Source: Octopus bimaculoides (lineage: Eukaryota). From it: a stretch of DNA of 64,000 nt. The position numbers were made by a program, and so were the translations under genes. Location of the stretch: contig NC_068981.1 of NCBI RefSeq assembly GCF_001194135.2, positions 9,967,756-10,031,755 on the forward strand, written 5' to 3'. Positions 1-12,699 of the stretch are shown piece after piece. Within the stretch, counting starts at the first letter, position 1; every line of letters begins with the position of its first letter. The notes under the pieces are model-generated. The model ran no database searches, was not told the origin of the DNA, and saw only the letters and a program-made list of their open reading frames with translations.

Positions 1-72
1 ATATCATTTTGATTAGTAGTGATTATTATTAGTGTTTATTGATTATTATTATAAATGTTAGAAATTAAGTTG

Positions 73-400
73 GCGAGCTGGCAGAAACGTCAGTACGCCG
101 GACAAAATACTTAGCGGCATTTCATCAGATTTTAGGTTCTGAATGAGGTGCGGTTGTAGCTGTATGGTAAGAAGCTTACTCCCAACGACATGGTTTCGGA
201 TCTACTGCAGCCTCTGGCCAACCAAAGTATTGAGTCGATTTGGTAGACAGAAGCTGAAAGCAACCTATAGTGTGTGTGTGTGTGTGTGTCCCCATAATTT
301 CAGCGGTAGAATAAGTACCAGTTTTAAAAACAAAATAAGTACTGGGTTCGCTGAAGTCGACTATCACCCTCCTTCGAAATTTCAAGCCGTGTGCTTCTAG
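73..400 (+). mobile_element. SINE family C copy with an inserted family B fragment
   Basis: Head ggcgagctggcagaa...cttagcggcattt at 73-125; family B-like segment with (GT)n at ~145-340; C-type 3' part resumes after ~340. Confidence 0.55.
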
Positions 401-1309
401 TACAGAGTATTATTAGTGTTACAAATTAACATTGAATATGGATTGGATAAAATACCTGTACATGGCCGCGAGCTTGCTTTATTCAAGTTTCAGCTTCGAT
501 CCTGCAACGCACACCTTTGAAATAGTGCCTATTTTCTTAGTTTCCGGTTGGCGAAAATCTTTTGGGGGAAATTTGCTAGATGTAAACCGTGCAGAAGCTT
601 GCACAAGTGATCGTTTATGTTTTGGGACGGTAGACGTAATCCATCATCCACCACCACAACCACCAACCAGCCCTTGGTGACTTTAGTGGAGTCCGCTTAA
701 ATACAAGCATTCACAGCAGGTTTCCGCTCTGTTGACAACTTAATCCCTTTCATTCATCAGTCACGAAGGCTCTTTAAATGGCCATGTACGCTGCTCTTCT
801 TTCCGACTAAGTCATAAAGTATCACGAATAAATATTTTCTTCGGTTATTCAAAAAGGTTACAGATTGTTTTGCCATCTCTGCTGTCGTGTAACTATTTAA
901 TATTGATTTCTTTAATAGGATTAAGCATATTGATTTATAGAAAGAGTAAATGAGATTAGATGATATCCACTCTGTTGTAAGCATTTGAACTACATCCTTG
1001 GTCTGAGAATATCACTCACTTCCCCATCCCCCAACAATTTTTAAGAGCCTACACAAAGGTCATAAACGCTTCCTTTACTCCTCTGAATAAAACATAACAA
1101 ATGGATATTAGAAATCAATCGTAATAGAAAATATATATTAGTATGAATGCTTCATTTATAGTGAATAACTAACTTAGTAACGAATATTTCAATAAAATAT
1201 CTGAACAATGCAGCATTACATAGTTTAGTGACAGTTCTTCAGAAATATACAGATTTATTTAGTTTGCTTTGCTTGTTTTGTCGGATGCGGGGTGGGGTGG
1301 TGGCACTGT

Positions 1310-1610
1310 TCTCAAAGGCCGGCGAGCGTAGTACTTTTAATAGGATGTTTAAACTGTTGCAGCTTAACACCTGAAAGAAGGACTCTGACAGCAAGAAAGC
1401 TCCAGGGATCCGCTGTTCTGTGGGGAAAGGACTGGGATTTATGGTTGTGTGGAAAGAGTGACGTATAAAGAGTGACGAGTGATGGAAAGGTGGGAAGGAT
1501 AAGGACACCTGAGAAATAGAGGTACAAGACCAGCCAGCTCCGAGAACCAAAAGCCATAATTGTAATGGGAGAAATAAACATAGAGAAAGAAGGTAACACG
1601 CTTAGGGGAA
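1310..1610 (-). mobile_element. L2/Crack-type LINE 3' end, decayed
   Basis: Minus strand, across frameshifts, resembles ..SELAGLVP..PRTADPWS..LQQFKH, the L2 C-terminal motif pattern (by-eye translation). Confidence 0.55.
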
Positions 1611-1942
1611 AGCGGCTGAAACGGGTCCGTTAATGACTGAGTACCAACTGACCTTCTCTAGATGCAATCATGTCTGGATGCATTGTTGAAGCAGTGCAAG
1701 TCGAGATGTATAGGCAGGAATTCGCTGCGGTACTCACGTGAACTTTGTAGAATGTTAGCAATAGTTGGAGTCTGAAATATTTTGAAGCCGTGATGAGAAG
1801 GGCCAGTGTAGCAAATATACCCAAATATACTTCGAAACACATAGTCAGCTAATAACAGATAATGTGGCATGAGATCACTGAATATCTTAATAATTACCTA
1901 CGAAGTTATTCATTGTAAATTATTCGGTGTGGGGAGTGAAGG

Positions 1943-2257
1943 TACGTGGTCAAGTGGTTAGAGTGTTCAGCTCAAGCTTGTAAGGTTGTGTGTTCAATTC
2001 CCGACGGTGCGCTGTATCGTTGAACAAAACACTTTGTTTCACGTTCCTCCAGTCCACTCAGCTTCCACAATTAAGTTGTATCTATATTTCAAAGGGGTTG
2101 CCTTGCCACATTCTGTGCCACGCTGAATCTCTCTGATAACTTTGTTACGGGTACGCGTGTCTTTCGAGTGCTCAGCCACTTGCACGTTAATTTCACAAGT
2201 TGGCTGTTCTATTGATCGGCGCAACTGCAATCTCGTTGTCGTAACCGACGTAATGCC
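1943..2257 (+). mobile_element. SINE family A, diverged full-length copy
   Basis: tRNA-like A/B boxes (gtggtcaagtggttag, gttcaattcc) and tail gagtgctcagccacttgcacgttaatttcac...gtcgtaaccgacg shared with the 19057-19435 copy. Confidence 0.7.
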
Positions 2258-2544
2258 GTTTTTTTTATTGATTGTGAAGAGGGTTATTTTATAATAATTA
2301 ACAGTAACTGCAAGTCCTTCAATAATAAGTAACTCGGTAACAAATCGCTTTTCTTTTTATATTAGATAGTTTATGTAACTAATCCGACGACAGACTTTGC
2401 ATATTAATGCCTCAACTAAACAATCGTTGATGAACTTGTACATACCTTATACTGCGCAATCGTTGATTAATTCTTATGCATCATATTCTATACACTGAAC
2501 GATCGTTGATAGATTTCTATATTCCATGTATATTCTATATGTAA

Positions 2545-2800
2545 GACGCGTGGCCTAGTGGTCAGGGATTGCACTGACGATAGCTAGATCGTGGGTTTGA
2601 TTCCAGGACCGAGCAGAGCGTTGTGTTCTTGAGCAAAACGTCATTTCATGTTGCATCAGTCCACTTAGCTGTAAATGGGTCTCCCCGTGACTTTGCGATC
2701 AGGTGGGAAGAATTGTGGCCTGCACGCATAGCCAGATAGTAGGCAGCATTCGAAACCTGAAGCGATGTGAAGGGCATTATGACCAGAGTTGTTTAACATC
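2545..2800 (+). mobile_element. tRNA-headed SINE (family A-related head and core)
   Basis: gtggcctagtggtcagg ... ggtttgattcc ... gtgttcttgagcaaaac; homologous to 16243-16470. Confidence 0.6.
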
Positions 2801-3597
2801 TGATACGTGATCATATGGTGTATTCTCAACACTGAACAACCGGTAAACTTTTATGTACCTATACTTAGCAATCCTTCATAAGGTATTATGTGTTATATAA
2901 GCTGAAAAACAGCATTACTGTATGTAAATTCAATCAACAAGTTGTGCTAACAGCTGATCTTCTTGACACCTATGATGTTGAGAATTAGCTTGCGTCATCA
3001 ATAAATTAATTGTTGATTCACTTAAGAGATGTAGACTGAAATCATTACCAACAGTATTTAAGATACTTTCGTTTATTTATTTTATTTTATTTAATAATTT
3101 GATTTATTTATTTTATTTTATTTAATAATTTAATTAAATTGAAACCCATACTACAGTATACGTGGTCTGTAGTTAAAATGTTTGGTTTACGATCAGAAGA
3201 TCGTAGGATCAATTTCTGGAGCAAGCAAGCGACGCGTTGTCTTCTCAGAAAGTAAACACGTTTTTTCTATGCTATTCATATACAAAAGAAAAGGAAAACG
3301 TAGTCTCTTGACGGACTGTTTCAAAGTTTATGGACCGCTCTTTAAAAATATTATACACTGTGTCCTTCATGAAGATATAGCACAAGTCAGCTACAATATG
3401 ATATACTCATAACGATCTTCCGCACAGTTTTTGTCTACCACATTGTGCGAGCTCAGACGTTATTGTTGATTAACCCAAGACTGACTACTTACCCAAAGTG
3501 CTACGCTGTAAGAACAAACCCGAGTCGGCGTGGTTAAAAACAAATTTCTTAACCAAATGTCTATGCTGGTACTTATATACGTTTATCATGTAAAACA

Positions 3598-4415
3598 ACA
3601 ATATTCGGTTTATTATCAAAGCTATTCAGAATGTCAATAACAAAGAATGTAGGAAATTAGCTTTTCCAATGTTTGAATCGTCTCTACATTGGAAAACCTA
3701 TTAATTTGAAGCATTAACTAGCCGTCTTCTTCGTGCTGCATCAAATTTAATATTGCTTCATTGACCTTCGTCTATCAGTCGACGATTGTCTATAACAATT
3801 ATCCATAGAGTAACTTTTGTCTGATCTTATAGATCAAATAATTTTCCTGATAACAAAAGAAATATGTAATCTTAATTTCATCTAAAATTTGTGTTTATTA
3901 TGAAAAGATGACAGTGTTGACAGGGAAGTAGAAGAAATAACCATGATACCAGAGGTTCAAATCATGTTAACGAACAAAAACCATGTTTTTCCTAATTCCC
4001 AACGGCCACGCTTATCTAATGAGTTCTGAGTCTGAGCAGGGTTAATTTTCAAAATTGAAATCAAGGCCGATTACAAAATTGTCCAACGATATGGTACCCT
4101 TCGGCCTTTATTTAATGCTTCAAAAAATTCCAAACTAGACAAATCATTAACCAAATGTATTTCTCCTCTGGATATTTTATAATGCTGGTATAAATCGACA
4201 ATATTCGGTTTTGTATCAGAGAATTTACAATTTCTATAACTAAGAGTATAGGAAATTAGCTTAGCCAATGTTTGAATTGCCCGTGTATTGGAAAAACTAT
4301 TAATATAAATCATTTAACTGACCGCCTCATTAGCGTTGCACCAAATTTAATATTATTACATTGACCTTTGTCTAACGGTCAGCGATTGTCTGTAAGAAAT
4401 ATCCATAGACTAATT
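3598..4415. repeat. Diverged ~215-bp direct repeat pair (3598-3815 and 4198-4415)
   Basis: Both start acaatattcggtt, share ggaaattagctt..ccaatgtttgaat, caaatttaatatt and cattgacctt, and end tatccataga; offset ~600 bp. Confidence 0.8.
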
Positions 4416-4474
4416 ATCCAAGAAACACTATCAATTCTGTCATGCGCATCTCTTACGATCAAACATAAATTCTT

Positions 4475-4506
4475 TATAGAATTAAGCTCTGATACCACAG
4501 TCAGTT
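4475..4506 (+). promoter_or_regulatory. Candidate core promoter (TATA-like plus Inr)
   Basis: TATAGAA at 4475-4481, ~28 nt before TCAGTT (TCAKTY Inr) at 4501-4506; short motifs in AT-rich DNA, so weak. Confidence 0.25.
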
Positions 4507-4659
4507 CCTTCTGGCAGTTGCATAAGCCTGCTCACATCAATTAATCTACCAGTCAGTTGTCAATACTCTATTCCTCGTAAGAAAAATGAAGATACACAAA
4601 TGCTAGATGTGTTCCACATTGCTAGTTGTGTATTCTGTGTGCATTCTATAGCACTTTTG
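4503..4659 (+). other. Candidate first exon containing a uORF (MLDVFHIASCVFCVHSIALL)
   Basis: Ends at donor TTG|gtgagt (4660); ATG at 4600 open for 20 codons to the donor. Confidence 0.3.
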
Positions 4660-5039
4660 GTGAGTAAACGTAAGTGTGGCCACGAAATTTGATTTATAAA
4701 TTGATCAGAGACGTGTGTGTGTGTTTATTTATTTTATTAGTGAAATCTATTTGAAAAAAGATTATTTCCTGACATCACCCTGGCATGTAAAAGTATCTAA
4801 TTTAAGCTTACTAACTGAAGACACATCGTAAGGAAGGAGACGATTGAATGAGAACAGAATTTCTCACTTCACATTCTTATTGAATATTCAGATTGCTTCA
4901 ATCCTGACAAGAGACCAAATTGATTACCTGGGGTCATGGACCTCTTTTTCTTTATATATATATATATATATTACTAAAACAATAAAACATCAAGGGAAAA
5001 AATAATATCAGCAACGACTATAGTAATACAATTATTTGT

Positions 5040-5230
5040 ATTGTTACTGAGGAAGGGGCTAGTCAATTATATTGTCCCCAGTACTCGACTTGTACTTATT
5101 TTATCGACCCCCGAATGGATGAAAGATACAGTAGACCTTGGCGGAATTCGACTTCAGAATGTAAAGTCGAACAAAATGACACAATGCATTTTGCTCGACG
5201 TGCTAACGCTCCTGCTAGCTCATCGCCATA
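5040..5230 (-). mobile_element. SINE family C
   Basis: Reverse of tactcgacttgtacttattttatcgaccccc...gacctcggcggaattcga core. Confidence 0.7.
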
Positions 5231-5639
5231 ATAATAATAGTAAGAAGAAGAAGAAGACACAGAAGACATAGAAGCTGAAGACACAGCAACACTAATACAA
5301 CCAAGCAGGACAACTGAAAAATAACTCTCAAAGACTGGAATATCTACAATTTCCTGTGGGTATTTAAAATTTCCTTCAAAATAAGTTAAGAGACTGACAT
5401 ATCTACTGTTTTCGAGGTGGGTTCAAGGCACTTGAAAGATCATTGAAAACTAGTGGATACCTAAGGTCACAGGTAGTAACCCGCTACCCACATAAATCCT
5501 ACCAGGAATAAGACTGAACCTGAGCCAAACCAAAATAATAATAGTAATAATAGTCTTTTCTTATTGGCCAGAATGGCTAAACACAAAAAAGGGGGCGATT
5601 CTACACAAGGGACAAGTGGAGCTTAGCACAATATTCGTG

Positions 5640-6240
5640 TATAAAATAAAATAAAACAATAACAAATGACAACAAAAATTTAACAAAATCGCCCTAAATA
5701 AGGGGATTTCTTCTCAGCGTTAACTAAGGATCCCCACACATTCTGGTCACTCCGGACGCCTAGAGCACCTCAGACAGGCACCTCACTTCTCAACTCTTCC
5801 GACTTACAAGCGTATGTTCAAAGTAGGCCCATTCACACGGGCCATCCTCGCCACATTCTCCGAGAAAAATATTCGGGGTCAGCATTTCCCTCCCCAGTCT
5901 CGGTTTCCTTTTCAGGTGGAACTTGAAAAATTCTATGAAGGCTTGGCTGAAGAAAAAAGGCCTTTCATTCTCATCCACCACACTACCGATTTCGCTATAG
6001 CCACCAGCAGAGGAAAACTGCCTTCCCTCGCTGCCAAAAGAAGGTGCCCGGGCGATCTTCACGATGGACTCGGCTGATAATAGGATCCATCCTACACACG
6101 TCAACAGCTGTTCGACAAAGCTACACAAGTCAGCAATGCTGGAACACTGGACGAGTGTATGCAGAACGGTTTCAGACAGGTCTGTCTGGCGGCAGATCCA
6201 TGGCTGTAGAGCTTGTCTCGAACCAGTAGAGTTCACTAGT
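5640..6240 (-). mobile_element. L1/Tx1-clade LINE 3' end (post-RT zinc-finger region)
   Basis: ORF 5790-6236 contains C..QTDLSETVLHTLVQC...SAESIVKI...FFKFHLKRK, the CCHC-bearing C-terminus of L1/Tx1 ORF2; GC-rich island. Confidence 0.7.
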
Positions 6241-6519
6241 AATATAATAAAGAAGAAGAAGAAGAAGGAATGTTTACATATTCGTGATGGTATTTTGACA
6301 GATTCGTGAATATGTAGTTATGCACATGTAAATACATATACAGCAAAACCTGCTATAATATACAAGCATATATTGGTGAAAATGATATATCACCGCCACC
6401 ACAATCACCTGCATTACTCTACTACACTACTCCTCAGTTTTTGTCTGTGTCACTCTCATTTTCTCTCTCGCCTTTTCGATAAATCTCCCGCCAGTCTTCT
6501 TCAATTATTTGCTTTCCTT

Positions 6520-6565
<46 letters not shown>

Positions 6566-7207
6566 NNNNNNNNNNNNNNNNNNNNNNNNNNNNNNNNNNN
6601 NNNNNNNNNNNNNNNNNNNNNNNNNNNNNNNNNNNNNNNNNNNNNNNNNNNNNNNNNNNNNNNNNNNNNNNNNNNNNNNNNNNNNNNNNNNNNNNNNNNN
6701 NNNNNNNNNNNNNNNNNNNNNNNNNNNNNNNNNNNNNNNNNNNNNNNNNNNNNNNNNNNNNNNNNNNNNNNNNNNNNNNNNNNNNNNNNNNNNNNNNNNN
6801 NNNNNNNNNNNNNNNNNNNNNNNNNNNNNNNNNNNNNNNNNNNNNNNNNNNNNNNNNNNNNNNNNNNNNNNNNNNNNNNNNNNNNNNNNNNNNNNNNNNN
6901 NNNNNNNNNNNNNNNNNNNNNNNNNNNNNNNNNNNNNNNNNNNNNNNNNNNNNNNNNNNNNNNNNNNNNNNNNNNNNNNNNNNNNNNNNNNNNNNNNNNN
7001 NNNNNNNNNNNNNNNNNNNNNNNNNNNNNNNNNNNNNNNNNNNNNNNNNNNNNNNNNNNNNNNNNNNNNNNNNNNNNNNNNNNNNNNNNNNNNNNNNNNN
7101 NNNNNNNNNNNNNNNNNNNNNNNNNNNNNNNNNNNNNNNNNNNNNNNNNNNNNNNNNNNNNNNNNNNNNNNNNNNNNNNNNNNNNNNNNNNNNNNNNNNN
7201 NNNNNNN
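6566..7207. other. Assembly gap (N run) next to (TA)n
   Basis: N bases seen directly. Confidence 1.
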
Positions 7208-7629
7208 CGGCGTTCGATAGCTGCTGACCTTGGTGAGAGAGACAAAAACCTGGCAATCTTATATCTTCTTTTCCAGTGAAATTCTTCACTGATATCGAAA
7301 AGGTGAAAACAAGCAATGTTAATTCTCTAAATGAAGTATTAACAGTAACTGCACGATAAAGTGTAGTATATTGCCACTTAAGTGTGGCTGACCCCTAGGG
7401 GTGGATGTTACTGTTGCTTTTAGCCCCAGGAGGACATCTCCTCCAGCTGGCTTATCGACACACGACTGTGTCCTGTTTGCCAAGGGAAGTTATCCCTCTC
7501 ACCATATATATATATATGCTTCTCGCTTTTTATTCAATGCTAGTCAGTTATATACATACATCACACACTATTAGCAGCTGCGACTTACAGGATAGAGCGG
7601 GTGATACAATGTAATGTTATATAAAAGCA

Positions 7630-8420
7630 TGGCCCCTGGAAGGCTCAATATCTATTACTGGTCTGTAAACTGCTCCTTCAGCTGTTTTCAATTCTCTATA
7701 GGATGAACCTTCAGCTGGATGACCAATTTTGGTTGTACGTTTACAAGTCCACGGCGTGCTCATCGATTGCAGTTGTTTTGAGATTTATTCATGTTCTTCT
7801 GAAATTCAATATGAGATCAAAGGCTACAAGTGATGTCACAGGAGCTATTTAGAACTTATTCTGTTGCAGATACATATTCATATCCTCCAGCAAGTACAGT
7901 AGACTTACGTATGATAACATCAATGACATGGAATTGCAAGCAACGGGACTACTACAGATATTGAAGTAGATAACATTGGAATGCAGATCAAAATCTATCG
8001 AACCGTTGTGATCATTTAGACATTCTGTTGACAGGTTCATAAATTTGATTCTTGAGTCTGCAAATTGAAATGAAACAACTAAATATGAGAAACCAAAAGA
8101 AAATTTAAGAATGAAAAGCAGCCAAGTGATGATAGCTACGCAAAAATCATGACATATATGCAGATTTCAATTCTGTAATTGAGGGTCAAACAAGATTTGA
8201 AGAAGCAATAGAAATTTCGGGTAATTTTTTATTCCACTGGCAATTACTGGCCATATAAGAAAATCTTTTGACCAAAACGTGCAGAAGTTTAAAATGCTGA
8301 TGGTAATATCAAATAAGTTTCAAATGATATAATAGACATGAAAAACTGATACATAGTGGAAACTTGGGGAAATCATCTCTCATGTCCATAAATTTATTCA
8401 ACAATATATACAACTACAAG
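7630..8420 (+). mobile_element. Heavily decayed RTE-type LINE RT fragment
   Basis: Scattered motifs across frameshifts: NLQLDD (YADD region), LKFNM, IGMQIKIYRTVVI, ..GHIRK. Confidence 0.4.
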
Positions 8421-9544
8421 CTGGAAACATTGTTCCCAATCTTTATTCATGTCCCCAGATTATTTCGTTCTATTAAGTCTGGCATTGGTACATGGAATGC
8501 CAGCCTCAGTAGAATGTTTATTCACTAAGCTTAAACTAATAAATACCTGTGTCAGAACAATATATAACATAAAGTCGTCTGGTGGAGGTTGGGGAGCTTG
8601 GCTCGATTCAGCATAAATATTAATACCTGAGACGCCAATTAATAATTATTAATAATTTGTTTAGCAATTCTAATGTTCGGCAACAGAAATCTGAATATGA
8701 TTACTTACATTTTGACAAATGCCAGCTGTCGAATTTTAAGTGTGAAACGAAGAATGAAGTGCGTTATTTTAATGAAAACTTTTGAAATAATTTTGACCTT
8801 ATTTTTAATGATTGCCAAAATTAGTAGAGCGTCATATATAATGCATTATAGTGTTTAGTGGTGTCAGTTGAACGTTTCCAAGTTCAAATCCCACCAGATC
8901 GATTTTGCATTTAATGGGGTTTTTAAAATACTGTTCCAGTTAGTTACCTCTCGATTTAATCGACTCTAACTTCCCGCCAAATGTATTTCCTAATTTCTAA
9001 AATCGTGCTTCTTATTTTTACACATAAGCCAGTGTTAAAACCTATTTTAAAAAAGCACCAACCAACAAGATGATCTTTACACGTTTATTTGATATGCTAA
9101 AACAGATTCCAAATCTCCCTCAAATCTCCCTCAAATAATAAATGAAGTGCACGTTTCGTATAAACGTTATTTCCGAAAGATAGATTAGCCACGGTAGAAG
9201 TCTTATGGCGAGATGCTTGTTGTCGTCAGGGCTGATCTGGAGCTAAACTATTACTAATAACACTTATTTCAAAAGTAACTCACTAACTCAATATTTGTCA
9301 GAAATTTTCTGTATATTTTATAGCGGCAGAAATTGTCACTTTAATTTACACGCGTTTCGAGTGAGAATGTGTCTATCGACAACATAGTGATCGTTAAAAA
9401 ATAATATTCTGGGTTTTAAGTTAAGTCATACAACAGCATCAATGACTTTAGCTAATATGACAGTTTGTGTATTGCTAAATATGTATATATGTTTATTGAT
9501 ATTTGATTTACCTGTATGTCTAAATACCTTGTAATAAAGTATAC

Positions 9545-9614
9545 TTTTCTTTTTCTTTCCAGGTAAGTGATGTGAAACTCATATAATTTCAATCTGGAGA
9601 AAAGAGTGGTGAGC
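9545..9614 (+). other. Recursive-splice-like site with a 46-nt RS-exon candidate
   Basis: cttttctttttctttccAG|GTAAGT (AG 9561-9562) and second donor GTG|gtgagc at 9609. Confidence 0.4.
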
Positions 9615-10716
9615 ATACTAAATAAGTCAGAATATAATGCCTTCTCATGTATCATCTCCTTTCAGGCGGTTATCTATCAAATACCTAAGTGAGTACCCAC
9701 ATCATTACTCAACTTAGCCGAAATATTTTAATTAATTAGAATTACACCTGTAGTGAGGAGGAGAAGATCATAAGCTTAAATACCAATTTTCCATAATTGT
9801 TTTTATATATTTCCCATTCCATCGCAAATATTGTGCAATATATTAGTTTAAGTAATTATCTCACTCTAATATGGCTGGGTCAGAGATAATATGAGTTACA
9901 TTGTTTAACCATTATAAATCTACCTGAATGAAAACATTCAGCACCATTAGGTATTCAGGTTTACTATTTATGGTTTATTTTATTCACAGAATATTAAATT
10001 CCCATTTAATATTCTGAGAAATTGATTTGAGCTTGTAAAGCTTTATAAAAGAAATAAAATAAGGTAAAAAAATTGATATTCCTCTAATTAATCTCTTATA
10101 TCCATTAGGTGTCAATATCAAAAGTGAATAGTATTTGTCAATGGCTTACTATATTATATTTTATATTTTTCCGATTACATTTATATTTAGAACGATTATA
10201 TTTATATTTTTTTACAGTTAATGCAAATTCATGATTAATCTTATTTGATTAATTTAAATTCTTACATTTCAATTGAACGGATATTGTCAGAACAAGAATA
10301 CTGTTGTCATAGTTTGTTAAATGAATGGCTGACTAAAATATACAAATGTGCTTCATATTGAGAAACAGAATTTCATACTCGAATAGACGCTACGTAGTAA
10401 ATTATGTAGATCATAGAACCACATAATTAGCAATAGATAAATCGTGTGTATTGGTAGTGTGATCATCTTACTCATCTGGGAAATTCAGCATTTAATCTCA
10501 GAGAACGACCTAGAAGCAGAATGCATTAAGCAATGATAGTCTGTCATACATCTAAGGGATGTGCAAATATAGTTGGAAATGTTTACACAAAGAATTGTGC
10601 GTGTAGGTATGTATTTCAGCATCCATACAAGCATTTTCGCACAATTCTTCATACGAGCACAAAAAGAAATGATATAAAAGAATTCTAGATAGTCTAGAAT
10701 CTTCACCATTTACAGG

Positions 10717-10779
10717 ATGGATAATAAAGAAGCTGAAACAGAAGTACCATTGTTCGAAGCCATAAATCAGAAGATTCAG
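10717..10779 (+). CDS. Candidate first coding exon, MDNKEAETEVPLFEAINQKIQ; product unknown
   Basis: Acceptor cttcaccatttacag (exon from 10716), donor CAG|gtgagg at 10780; only the ATG frame is open; no TE resemblance seen. Confidence 0.45.
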
Positions 10780-11323
10780 GTGAGGAAAATACAGTAGACA
10801 ATTGTAGCAGAAAAAACGTTATTGGTTTGAGCTCACCTTATACACTTATGTGAGTGTCAGTGCGTGTGCACTTGTTCGCGTGTGTATCGAGTGAATGCAA
10901 AAGCGATATTTTCAGCAAGACTTTACGTGTGTGTGTGTGTGAGACGATAATGAACAAATATTTCTGTATACTTCAAGGAAATTCACGCAATTAAGGGAAC
11001 TTTATTTAGAATCATTATATTTTTGGAAGACTCATTGACATCTGTGATATTTTTATACTAGATCTTTAAATATTCATTTAGCTCTCAGACTATCGTATTA
11101 TATCTTAATCAAAGAAACTCTGAAGTAGACGCCTTTTGTTCCTGTGATGTATTAATCACTTAAAACTAAAAGCACCAATTAATTATTTGTTATGCTTTTA
11201 TAAGAGGGAAAACACATGAAAATATTTATTCCATTTTCATTTAAAGGTTTATATAGAGAGAAACAGTTACAAAGACAGACGAGCTACATAGTTGAATAGA
11301 CAGACTGACGGACAAACAAACAA

Positions 11324-11326
<3 letters not shown>

Positions 11327-11380
<54 letters not shown>
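11327..11380. repeat. (GATA)n microsatellite
   Basis: Direct reading. Confidence 0.95.
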
Positions 11381-12555
11381 CGAGTTAAATAGTTTCCCCT
11401 ACCCGAAGTCGTTCAGTCTATTAATATAGGAAAGTTGTAACGTTGGCCCTGTCGTAAGAAGTTTGCTTCCCAGCCTCAAGGTCGACCTTTGCCTTGTAAG
11501 TGGATTATAGCTACAAGCTATCAAAGGTACTATCATAATATGTAAAACATTCAAAACAACAGATATAAATCACATATTCATCCATATGAACGTGCACACG
11601 TATGTTTTCTATGCTTATACGTAAGTCAAATCATACAGAACTTCATATCAATATGACATCCATTCCTACAACCACTTATGAGTCTGCATATGTATATGCT
11701 CACAAGTGTTTACAAAACCATATATTACACCATTGTTATATATGCATGCATACAGTTATGTATGTACACAAACGATGTGATATTCACTAAATTCCAATGA
11801 AAGAACATTGCTTCTACGTTAACTCATGACTTTACATGGATGAAAAATTCGAAAACTAAAATGAAGAAAATACAATACATATTCTCACACACATGCACAC
11901 TCGAGTACACACGCGCGTGTGTACATATACAAACACACATACATACATACATACAAGCATATGTGTGTATACATATACTTATATACACATGAATAATGTA
12001 TGCACTTCCATGTATACTATTAAGTTGTTAATACACTCATATGTCTATCTACTTATCGATTATTTCTCTTTTTATTAGTCCCGCTTTTTACATATTGTTG
12101 CAATTATCTGCTAATCATTAATTATAATACACACAGCCTACTTGAATTATTTTCGTAACTTCCACCTTATCTACTTTATGTCTTCATCGGTCATTAAATA
12201 TAAAACGAAGTAACATTCAGTCAGTTATATGGGTAACACGTGAACTATATTAGTAATATAAATTTAATTAGATTCCTGATACATTGATTTTAGCAAGAAA
12301 ACTAATAAGAATTTTTTAACATCTATAAATCTTTTAAAGTTTCCTCTGCGTCGTATGCCTTCAGTTATACACACAAGTTTGTAATTTTATATGAAAGATC
12401 TTCAAGAAAGACAACAGACGTTAGACAAGATTAACTATTTTAATGACAGGCTAGCGGTTTATGTGTTTTCATAGTGGTTGTGTTGTTCATTTTGTATTTA
12501 TTTAATAAAACATTGAACCGTTGAACAAAATATATATATTTATATTTCTCTTATG

Positions 12556-12558
<3 letters not shown>

Positions 12559-12616
<58 letters not shown>
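12559..12616. repeat. (TA)n microsatellite
   Basis: Direct reading. Confidence 0.95.
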
Positions 12617-12618
<2 letters not shown>

Positions 12619-12699
12619 GTCATTTCATGGTGGACAGCGTTTTGAATTATAAAGTCAATGTTAAATTAATCCATTAGGGAGGTGGATAAGCGTCTGTTG

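Noticed and set aside
3485-3520. Minus-strand AG-13 nt-GTAAGT microexon pattern
   Set aside because: Lies in a decayed family B SINE head whose consensus generates these motifs
6373-7316. Long ORFs of 246-284 aa (also at 21.7-22.2, 26.4-27.1, 29.0-29.5, 56.8-57.5 and 58.1-58.5 kb)
   Set aside because: Open only because they cross N gaps and (TA)n tracts
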